DNA of 56,020 nt, taken from assembly GCA_048940925.1 (NCBI GenBank), contig JBHLOC010000033.1:1-56020 (forward strand), written 5' to 3'. How positions within the stretch are numbered: position 1 is the stretch's first letter; each line of letters opens with the position of its first letter. Of the stretch, positions 29,960 through 38,098 are shown piece after piece. The position numbers were made by a program, and so were the translations under genes. Origin of the DNA: Promethearchaeota archaeon. Lineage in GTDB: Archaea; Asgardarchaeota; Lokiarchaeia; Sigyniarchaeales; SOKP01. The notes under the pieces were generated by a model, which saw only the letters and a list, made by a program, of their open reading frames with translations, did no database searches and was not told where the DNA came from.

Positions 29960-30859
29960 CTAATTATCTTCCTCTTCTTCATTTATTTCTTTACCGTTAA
30001 CTTCTCCCTTTAAAACTTTTTTTATCTCTTTTTTGCTTTCTTGGGCATCAGTATCCAATTCTTCTTCTGTGAAAAATAAACCAGTTTCATCTTCAATATC
30101 AAGCTTTGTCATTTTTTCTATGTATCCTTCATATAAATCATCAATGATTATATTTAAATTTGAAATCGAATCTCTGATTTTAGAGTTCTTTTTCAGAGAA
30201 TCTTCGCTTAAACTAATCTCTTCACTGATTTTCTTCACCTCTCTTAACATTTTTTCCAAAGATTCAAATATATACCGGTCATTTAATATTGATGTTATTT
30301 TCCCTTCTTCTGAGATTTTTCTTGTATCCTCCCTAATTTCCCAATATAAATCCTGTATCCAATCTTTGATTAAGGTATCGTTTTCTTTTATACGTTCTTT
30401 ATCACTTTCATCGTACTTTTTTATTTCCTTTATATGGAACCCAGTAAAAATGTCCTCATTCGCTTGCATCTTTTCTGAAAATTTTTTAGCTAAATAAGAT
30501 ATAGTCTCTTCAATCTCAGGGGAAATTTCCAGAGTAGTCATTATTGAAAGCATCAACATTTCTACAAAACCACGAGCCCAATCTGAGTAAATTTGAAAAT
30601 AATAATTTATTAATTTCAAATTTTCGAATGATTGCGTTAAATATTCTTCCTTCTTCGGTTGATTCATAAGATCGAATATTCTATCTGCTATTTCTTTATC
30701 CACCTGAGATTTAGGAAATGAATAAAATATTGATGGCCCTATTTTTGTATGAAAATATGACAAAATTACATTCGTTTTAAACCACGCTCCACTTCCTTCT
30801 ACTCTAAGAATACATAAGAAAATCTCAAAATATAAATTCATAACTATATTCATTTTCAT
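29960..30859 (-). CDS. uDENN/longin (NPRL2/FLCN/SMCR8-like) domain with coiled, acidic tail
   Basis: VILSYFHTKIGPSIFYSFP...FQIYSDWARGFVEMLMLS; start uncertain. Confidence 0.7.
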   Translation of the reverse strand: MKMNIVMNLYFEIFLCILRVEGSGAWFKTNVILSYFHTKIGPSIFYSFPKSQVDKEIADRIFDLMNQPKKEEYLTQSFENLKLINYYFQIYSDWARGFVEMLMLSIMTTLEISPEIEETISYLAKKFSEKMQANEDIFTGFHIKEIKKYDESDKERIKENDTLIKDWIQDLYWEIREDTRKISEEGKITSILNDRYIFESLEKMLREVKKISEEISLSEDSLKKNSKIRDSISNLNIIIDDLYEGYIEKMTKLDIEDETGLFFTEEELDTDAQESKKEIKKVLKGEVNGKEINEEEEDN

Positions 30860-30992
30860 TTTTCAAGACAAATTCAAAAATATCTATCTTACGACAATTA
30901 AGAAGGGACTGACAATAAAATAAGCTAACGTCTATATATTTATTTAAATTTAAGCCTTCTATTTTCTTCATATCTTCTTACTTCCACAAAAT

Positions 30993-31514
30993 TTAATTCC
31001 TTAAATTAATAATTCTACGAGCTAGTTCACAAAATGCCTCTTCAACAATATCTTCATTAGTAGGAGACATTTCAATATAGATGCCTCCCTCATTTCTGGC
31101 AAATTCATGAGCTTCGTCTCGGATAACTGGAATACCTGTCAGTTCAAATAACTGAACATTATCTCCAATTAAAATGAAAGGAATAGGACCAGCTGATTGT
31201 CTAATTTCAGTAAGTAACTTTTTTGTCTCATTATATGTTTGTTCTCGTGTTAAATCAAAAATTAATATAACTCCAGCCGCTCCTTTATAAAATGTATTGC
31301 GAATAAACTCAAAACGTTGCTGTCCTCCTAAATCCCATATGCTTAGAGTCGCAATTTCTCCCTGAGTATATTCTACATCCTTAGTAAGAATATCTACACC
31401 AACAGTTAGCTTGTAATTTGTTTGAAACCTATTTTTGATAAATTGTTGAATTAAGCTGGATTTGTCCACTGCAATATCACCTGCCAATAATACTTTTAAT
31501 TTAAAACTTGACAT
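30993..31514 (-). CDS. Rab-like small GTPase with degenerate G1/G4
   Basis: GDIAVDKS, TVGVD, IWDLGGQQRF, FYKGA; G4 replaced by GDNVQ. Confidence 0.85.
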   Translation of the reverse strand: MSSFKLKVLLAGDIAVDKSSLIQQFIKNRFQTNYKLTVGVDILTKDVEYTQGEIATLSIWDLGGQQRFEFIRNTFYKGAAGVILIFDLTREQTYNETKKLLTEIRQSAGPIPFILIGDNVQLFELTGIPVIRDEAHEFARNEGGIYIEMSPTNEDIVEEAFCELARRIINLRN

Positions 31515-31579
31515 ATATTTACACTAATGTCCTAATAAGATTAAATCCCTTTTTAAAGATTGCATAAAAATTTTGTTGA

Positions 31580-32830
31580 TTATATAATGACAGGGACAGC
31601 GATCATTCCTTTTTTAGGCCCTCCTCCCCCTCCAGGAGGTTTAAATATATATGGAAAAGGAAAAAATCCCCCTTCATCATCATCTTTTTTATGTCCGCAC
31701 CAATCGCAAATGTCTTGCCCTTTTCGTAGGACTCTCCAACAATATGAACATCTTGATTCTTTCCTCCGAATTTGTTCTAAAATCATCTGTTTGAGTAATT
31801 TTTTTTTTTCATCTAATTCACCCAATAACATATTATTTAGATTATTGAAAATTATAGCTTCTCTTACGTCTAAAATACCTCTCCTTGGTAAATCCGGTAA
31901 AATTATTTCCTGTCCTGTAATCTTATTTTCAATTACAAGAATACAATCTATAATATCTTCATCCATTTTTTCACTAACATGTCTGAGAAGATTTTCTAAT
32001 GCAGTTTTAAGACTAAATAATAATCGGGGATTCGATCTATAATAGGGTCTCAAAGATGGCATTCTAGATTCTGCCGAAATACTCGAAATTATGATATTTT
32101 TTCCTTCAGGAAGCTTTAGAATTTGTAAAAGAATATCCTCCAGTAAAGTTGGAAACTTAGGAATACAAGATGATAAAAACCGAGACAATATCTTGGGATC
32201 AGATGAGAGCCCTTTAATAAGTTCAGTTGACTCTATTATTGTTTTGAACTCTGAAGGAGTAAAATATTGTATATATCCTTGATTAAGGAGATACTGGACT
32301 ACTGAAGGATATCCGCTCTCGAGTCTTAGAGCAATCTCTTCTTTAAATATTTTACTTGCTAGGGGATCTCCTGCTCTGGTCAACTCTCTTAACAAAGGAA
32401 ATGATATATTACTCATTAATATCCTTGTATCATAATCATACTCTACCCATGCTTGAATATTAGAACAATGCCCCCAAAACTCCTGTTCGGGAGTAATATC
32501 ATGTCTCTGGTTTGGTACAAGAGCTGCCATAGGCCCCCTTACGATTCTATTTTGGAATACATGTTTACTATACAATTTCGCTGCCTCATCTATAGAATCA
32601 ACCTCATCATATAAGGGGACATCTTCTTTCGGGATGTTTAGGATTAAACGAATACACTGGATGAACCTTTTGCCATTTACATAGATAAAAGTCTTTCCAC
32701 GCTCCAACTTGAGTGTGATATATTGATTAATATTTTTTTCGATTGTTGGAGTTGATTTACCTATATCATACCCAGCTATATTGGCATTTAACCAATCAGC
32801 ACCAAAATCATTCTTATCCTTAAATTTCAT
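31580..32830 (-). CDS. GHCSN-domain protein with C-terminal zinc ribbon and FPFPYIFKPP tail
   Basis: SIDE...EFWGHCSNIQAW...FPLL; CSYC..CDWC; DDDEGGFFPFPYIFKPPGGGG. Confidence 0.75.
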   Translation of the reverse strand: MKFKDKNDFGADWLNANIAGYDIGKSTPTIEKNINQYITLKLERGKTFIYVNGKRFIQCIRLILNIPKEDVPLYDEVDSIDEAAKLYSKHVFQNRIVRGPMAALVPNQRHDITPEQEFWGHCSNIQAWVEYDYDTRILMSNISFPLLRELTRAGDPLASKIFKEEIALRLESGYPSVVQYLLNQGYIQYFTPSEFKTIIESTELIKGLSSDPKILSRFLSSCIPKFPTLLEDILLQILKLPEGKNIIISSISAESRMPSLRPYYRSNPRLLFSLKTALENLLRHVSEKMDEDIIDCILVIENKITGQEIILPDLPRRGILDVREAIIFNNLNNMLLGELDEKKKLLKQMILEQIRRKESRCSYCWRVLRKGQDICDWCGHKKDDDEGGFFPFPYIFKPPGGGGGPKKGMIAVPVII

Positions 32831-33032
32831 ACAAGTTCTTTCGCTTATGTAATTTGATTATTATTTCTCTTTCAAGTGCGGATTCCTGAAGATTTGACAT
32901 TTTTCTTTTCCAAAGATTGACAAAAAAATCCAACTATATATTTTTCACATTTGATGCTTTTAGACTAAAATTTCTTTATTAATATCAAGCAATTATAGTT
33001 GAATAAATTAGTAAATTTATTGTTATCAATCT

Positions 33033-33467
33033 TTATTTCTCTTTTCTTAAAATTCTTGATATTTCATGCGAAGTGCGCTCACATTCATGGAAAATCAACC
33101 CTAATTTCACTTTTTCTGTGGTTGAAACTGCTAAAACAGCAGGTTCTGCTTCAAAGACTAATAAATAACCATCATTTCCTTTGATATATAGTTGATTGAA
33201 TTCCCCAATATCCATATCTATAACCGTTCTTTCAGATAAGGAGAGCAAAGTAGCTACCATTGCAGAAAGCCTAGTCTCATCATATCTTCGGGGTAATATT
33301 GAAAGAATAGGGAGTCCTTCCATAGAAGTAATTATCGCAATTATTATATTAGGGTTATTTTTTAGCAATTTTTTTAGAACAAATTCTAAATTTTCCATGC
33401 TATTATTTTCTCCAACCATAATAACTTCTATCTCCTTTTCTATTTCAGACTTTATTCCAACAAGCAT
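33033..33467 (-). CDS. Roadblock/LC7 (MglB/LAMTOR-like) protein
   Basis: AIITSMEGLPI...LSAMVATLLSLSER...YIKGNDGY...KLGLIF; the true start may be the ATG at 33419. Confidence 0.85.
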   Translation of the reverse strand: MLVGIKSEIEKEIEVIMVGENNSMENLEFVLKKLLKNNPNIIIAIITSMEGLPILSILPRRYDETRLSAMVATLLSLSERTVIDMDIGEFNQLYIKGNDGYLLVFEAEPAVLAVSTTEKVKLGLIFHECERTSHEISRILRKEK

Positions 33468-33495
33468 ATAACAAAATTAGTACTTTAATAAAAAT

Positions 33496-33666
33496 TCAAT
33501 GTATATTTTTTTCTATGTTTCTTAACTTAGCTATTTGCTCACGATTTATTGGCAAATCTTTATTTGGGTTGCATTTTTTAAAAATTCTTATTAAATCCCG
33601 GCATAGATCTAAAAGGAAATCTATATCATCCGGAATTTGCAGATTTTTAACTTCTCTCCCATTCAT
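33496..33666 (-). CDS. Small 56-aa hypothetical protein upstream of roadblock gene
   Basis: MNGREVKNLQIPDDIDFLLDLCRDLIRIFKK...; ATG start; co-oriented with the roadblock gene. Confidence 0.4.
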   Translation of the reverse strand: MNGREVKNLQIPDDIDFLLDLCRDLIRIFKKCNPNKDLPINREQIAKLRNIEKNIH

Positions 33667-33685
33667 GGTTTTTCGCTATCAGTCT

Positions 33686-33808
33686 GTATATTAAAGTATA
33701 TTCCTCTGTATATTAATTGTATATTTACATATTTAAATCTTTGTGTTAAAGTATTATTTATAAGTATATCCCTCTATATTTATATATGAGAATATACAAA
33801 TAATATAC
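33686..33808. repeat. Phased GTATATT heptamer array in divergent promoter
   Basis: GTATATT at 33686, 33696, 33708 and 33719; near-copies at 33764 and 33774; inverted AATATAC at 33791 and 33802. Confidence 0.65.
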
Positions 33809-33952
33809 AGATTAAATAAAAAACAAGAAAATATCACTATTATTAAGAAGTAATTATAAGCACATACTAAGCAACTGAGATTGATATTTACAATTGTTAT
33901 ACATTATTCGAGATGGATCAATGAAGAAAACTACAGTTAAGGGTGAGTATTA

Positions 33953-34807
33953 ATCACTTTAAATTCTGAAGAGGGGCTAAGCAATAAGGATCGTATATTA
34001 AACCTTCTCAAAACTACATCATTAACTAGTAATGAAATCGCAAATAAGCTCAAGTTAAGCAAACAAGATACACGTACTTATCTTCTACGCCTCAAAAGAG
34101 AAGGAAAAATTAAAACTCTTGGAAAAAGAGGAAGACAATATATTTACACCATTAAAACCCCTTTTGATACAGAAAAATCTCATATAGATACTGAAAAAAC
34201 TCAAATTGATGCAAATAAGTTAGTGGAAATTTTAAAAGATTATCTTGAGTTTAAACCAAGCTTTAAAACTGAAATTAACCAGAAAATTGCTGAACTCGAA
34301 GCAAGGGTTAATACCGTAACTTCTAAAACAAATAAAACTTATAAGGATTTAGAAGAAGAACTTGAAATGTTACAATACATTGAACCCTCTGATAATCAGA
34401 GCCTTAAATCTCCATACTTCTTATCAAGAGAAATGTTTCAATCTTCTGTTTTAGAAAACCTTGATAAACTCTTAGGGAAATTTATAAATACCATTCCAGA
34501 AGTAAAAGCTGCAACTGTTGTTTCCACTGAAGGGGAAATAATAGCTTCGGCTCTTCCTCAGGATGTTGATGAGGCAACAATTGCTGTAATGACTGCTGCA
34601 CTTCTCTCATTAGCTGAAAGTGCCATAACTATGATAAAAAGTGGTGAATTTGAATATTTATTTATCAAGGGAAGAGATGGATATCTACTAGTTCTACAAG
34701 CAGGACAAAACGCTGTATTGGCCATCTCTACATCTAAAGATGTAAGACTTGGATTAATTTTTCTCGATTGCAAGCGGACTGCTGAACAAATTGCGAAATT
34801 GATTTAA
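33953..34807 (+). CDS. wHTH - coiled coil - roadblock/LC7 fusion (ORF track misses the wHTH)
   Basis: Frame is open from 33947: NKDRILNLLKTTSLTSNEIANKLKLSKQDTRTYLLRLKREGKIKTLGKRGRQYIY; C-terminal AATVVSTEG...IKGRDGY...RLGLIF. Start inferred at ATC 33953. Confidence 0.75.
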   Translation: MTLNSEEGLSNKDRILNLLKTTSLTSNEIANKLKLSKQDTRTYLLRLKREGKIKTLGKRGRQYIYTIKTPFDTEKSHIDTEKTQIDANKLVEILKDYLEFKPSFKTEINQKIAELEARVNTVTSKTNKTYKDLEEELEMLQYIEPSDNQSLKSPYFLSREMFQSSVLENLDKLLGKFINTIPEVKAATVVSTEGEIIASALPQDVDEATIAVMTAALLSLAESAITMIKSGEFEYLFIKGRDGYLLVLQAGQNAVLAISTSKDVRLGLIFLDCKRTAEQIAKLI

Positions 34808-34863
34808 TTTTGTTCTTATTAATCAATTTGAGATTAATACTAGGATTTTTTTTATTCATAAAA

Positions 34864-35574
34864 CTACTGGAAACATACTAAAACGGATAAAAAAACCGAT
34901 AAAAAAATAACGATAATTGCTGATAAAATAGCTAAAAGTATTACTTTTAGATCCGATACCTTCATTGGTTTTGATTGAATAAATTGTCCATATTGTCTAA
35001 CCATAATTGGAGAGATAATTTCTCGAGGTACTAACCTAAACTCATTCTCCTCTATTTTTTTTCCTAGTATCATTTCTGCTAATTTCATAAACATTTTTTC
35101 CACATTTTCACCTGTCTTTAAAGAGATCTCTATTGATGAAGATACATTATGAGATTCTTTAATCCTCTCTAATTGATCTTTAAATATATCTCTATTATCT
35201 TCCAAATCTAATTTATTTCCTACTAATAAAATCGGACAAGAATAATTCAAATTATCCTTTAGTATTTGCCAACTCTCAGAAATCCAATTTAAAGTATCCT
35301 TATTAGTAATATCATACATCAATATTACACCATTAGTTCCCTTAATGTACTGGTCCCAAATGAATTTAAATCGTTCTTCGTTTTTAGACAACCAAGTTTG
35401 TACTTTTACCTTTTCTCCATGAATTTCTAATGTTATACTAAAAAAATCAACCCCAATAGTCAAGCTCCAATTTTCTTCATGCAAAAATCCTCCTAAATAT
35501 TTATCTACTAATGTTTTTTTCCCTACATTTTCCATAGCTAAAATACAAATTTTAAAGGTAGAGTCATATCTCAT
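34864..35574 (-). CDS. Tail-anchored Rab-like GTPase (degenerate G1/G3)
   Basis: AMENVGKK, TIGVDF, QTWLSKNEERF, GNKLD, EISLKTG; C-terminal TM ending VCFQ. Confidence 0.8.
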   Translation of the reverse strand: MRYDSTFKICILAMENVGKKTLVDKYLGGFLHEENWSLTIGVDFFSITLEIHGEKVKVQTWLSKNEERFKFIWDQYIKGTNGVILMYDITNKDTLNWISESWQILKDNLNYSCPILLVGNKLDLEDNRDIFKDQLERIKESHNVSSSIEISLKTGENVEKMFMKLAEMILGKKIEENEFRLVPREIISPIMVRQYGQFIQSKPMKVSDLKVILLAILSAIIVIFLSVFLSVLVCFQ

Positions 35575-35647
35575 TATATCAAATTACCTTATTCTCAAAA
35601 TTTTTATCTCTATTCTTTGATTCTAATAAAAATCTTGGTATTTAATT

Positions 35648-36925
35648 CTATATACCAGACAATTCGTCAATTATGTCTGTATAACAGAGTTCACATATCA
35701 TCGGTTTTCCATTTAGAAATTCATGAATCGAAGTTTGTGATACTTTAGAGCCACAATAAGGGCATTTCAACTCCTTTAATTTCGCTTTAATTCTTTTAGT
35801 TAACCATCCTGGAATAAGTTTAGAATTTTTAAACCATTTTGGTAAGTTTTTTATAAATTTTGGTTTTTCTAAAATGGTATTTAATTCGTCGCTATTCAAA
35901 TATTTCAAATACCCTTCATTTATTAAATACCAAACAACAGAAGGATAACCATTTTCAAGCCTTAGAGCAATTTGCTCTTTAAATACTTTTTTCGCACGTT
36001 TATCTCCTACTTCAACAAGAGCTTTCAAAAGAGGAAATGCTAAACTCCTATGCAAAATACGAGTATCATAATTGCATTCATACCATGTTTGTAAATTGGA
36101 ACAATGTCCCCAAAATTCAGTTTCAGGAGATATATATTCATTTGGTCTACTTCTTTCCATTGATCGATCTAATTTCACTGCAGCTTCGTCTATTGATTCA
36201 ATATTATCAAAACGTTTAAAATTATCACGAGGTAAATTTAACAATAAATATTTACATCGATTAAATAATCGCCCTCCAACATATATATTTGTTTTAGCAT
36301 TTTCTAATCGGAGTTTTAAGTAATCGTTAACTATGAATTCAGACCTAATTTTTCTATCTGTGGATTTTAATAATTTTGGGGGGTCTGCTAGTTCTATTCT
36401 GTCTGATGATAACCTTTTAATTAGTAGATCTCCTAATACTTCGAAAACTCGATCCACATTCTGCCCAGTTTCCGGACATATTTCTGCAAACGCAGAGAGA
36501 TCATTTTTTTCTGCCGCTATAACTCCTTCTTGTTTAGAAACTGCTCGAGATTCTCCTGAATAAAGTTTTGATCCTACCAACATAATTGGGATAGGTCCTC
36601 CCTTCGCTCTTACAATATTCGTCCATTCTGAAATGTTATCTAAAGTAGAAGGTTTAGTAATGTCATACATAAAAATAGCTCCATTAGCACCTAAACAATA
36701 TGTAGGAAGTAGAAATCTAAATCTTTTTTCGCCACCTACATCCCATATTTGTAATTTAATACGTTGGTTATTTAACTCAATGGTTTTGACATGAAAATCA
36801 ACTCCAATTGTTAATCTTTCACTCAAGTTGAAAATGTTATAGCAAAAGCGCTTTGTGAAAGATGTTTTTGCCGCAGGATCATCTCCGAGGAGCAATACTT
36901 TCCAAGTATAATCATAAGTTGACAT
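35648..36925 (-). CDS. Rab-like GTPase - GHCSN domain - zinc ribbon fusion
   Basis: GDDPAAKT, TIGVDF, LQIWDVGGEKRF; EFWGHCSNLQTW; CPYC..CELC. Confidence 0.85.
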   Translation of the reverse strand: MSTYDYTWKVLLLGDDPAAKTSFTKRFCYNIFNLSERLTIGVDFHVKTIELNNQRIKLQIWDVGGEKRFRFLLPTYCLGANGAIFMYDITKPSTLDNISEWTNIVRAKGGPIPIMLVGSKLYSGESRAVSKQEGVIAAEKNDLSAFAEICPETGQNVDRVFEVLGDLLIKRLSSDRIELADPPKLLKSTDRKIRSEFIVNDYLKLRLENAKTNIYVGGRLFNRCKYLLLNLPRDNFKRFDNIESIDEAAVKLDRSMERSRPNEYISPETEFWGHCSNLQTWYECNYDTRILHRSLAFPLLKALVEVGDKRAKKVFKEQIALRLENGYPSVVWYLINEGYLKYLNSDELNTILEKPKFIKNLPKWFKNSKLIPGWLTKRIKAKLKELKCPYCGSKVSQTSIHEFLNGKPMICELCYTDIIDELSGI

Positions 36926-37029
36926 TTTATCAATAAGACCTACATATTCACATTTTTTTGAATAAAACTAATGAGTAATTCTAAACCTCTCAATCCCAAA
37001 TAACAATAAGAAATATAGCAATATAAGTT

Positions 37030-37043
37030 TCACATTTCTGTCA
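37030..37043 (-). promoter_or_regulatory. TGACA-N4-TGTGA box abutting TATA
   Basis: Minus strand TGACAGAAATGTGA-AAC-TTATAT. Confidence 0.55.
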
Positions 37044-37235
37044 GTTTTTCACATGACATAAAGGAATTGAATTAAATTATAGAAAATTAGTTCAGAATAA
37101 TAGTGTATTTCATTAGGGAATAAATAATGTGTTTACTAACTTGGAATTGATATTTTCATTAAACTTTTATACCATATTATTATCTGAATTTTTGTGTTTT
37201 ACAGCTTTATAGATTTTAATCTCATTCATGAGTCT

Positions 37236-37263
37236 AATGAACCAAAATTTAAATTGGTTCATT
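37236..37263. promoter_or_regulatory. Perfect 10-bp inverted repeat AATGAACCAA-N8-TTGGTTCATT
   Basis: Lies about 50 bp upstream of the 37313 GTPase, in the divergent intergenic region. Confidence 0.5.
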
Positions 37264-37312
37264 TTATTATTATTCTGTATAACAAAAATCTATTCAAGCA
37301 TTAACAAAATAA

Positions 37313-37906
37313 ATGACAAAAAAAGTCATATTTGAATCTGAAAAACCAGTATATATATTCAAAATCTGTTTGATTGGTAGTGCTGGAGTGGGAAAGACAT
37401 CTATAGCACAGAGATTATGTTGTGATACATTTGATGCTGGGACGAAATTGACTATTGGAATAGATTTTTATACGTACGATCTGCCAATAATAGTAAATGG
37501 GGAAAATACATTTGTAATGGTTTCAATTTGGGAGTTTGGAGAGCAAAGACAATTTAGAAAATTATTTCCCTACTATATTTGTGGAGCAAATGGAATATTT
37601 TTAGTGTTTGATTTAACACAGATGCAGAGTCTTATCAATTTAGATTGGTGGTATGACAGGTTAGAAGAACATAATATGTTAAATCACCCGAAAACTTTAA
37701 TTGGTACAAAACTCGATTTAGTTGATGAAGAGAGTAATCAATTTAAAGTTAATGAATTGAATATTGAGGAATTCCTTAACAACCATGATGAAAAAGATTT
37801 TATTAAGACTTCTGCGATGAAAGATATCAACATTCGAGACAGCTTTAAAAAGATGATCAAAAAGGTATTAGATTTTAATAACCTTGATTACCAAAGAATA
37901 CCGTGA
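37313..37906 (+). CDS. Rab-like small GTPase with intact P-loop
   Basis: GSAGVGKT, TIGIDF, IWEFGEQ, GTKLD, KTSA. Confidence 0.88.
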   Translation: MTKKVIFESEKPVYIFKICLIGSAGVGKTSIAQRLCCDTFDAGTKLTIGIDFYTYDLPIIVNGENTFVMVSIWEFGEQRQFRKLFPYYICGANGIFLVFDLTQMQSLINLDWWYDRLEEHNMLNHPKTLIGTKLDLVDEESNQFKVNELNIEEFLNNHDEKDFIKTSAMKDINIRDSFKKMIKKVLDFNNLDYQRIP

Positions 37907-38098
37907 GTATTCTTTCGAAAAAATGGTTAAGGATATAACAAAAATGATACTTAAAAGACCACATTATTTTTAACTCTACAATGATATCAGAAGTAATAAA
38001 GTTTAAAATCTGTTAGGACTTCATAATGTTTATATCCTAATTAGACATTTATGTACTTTAAGACGATAATTCTAGGTCTAAAATATTAAAGGTGAAAT

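Noticed and set aside
35648-36925. Roco (Roc-COR) assignment for the GTPase fusions
   Set aside because: No LRRs or recognisable COR motifs. The partner domain also occurs N-terminal to the GTPase and alone, unlike COR.
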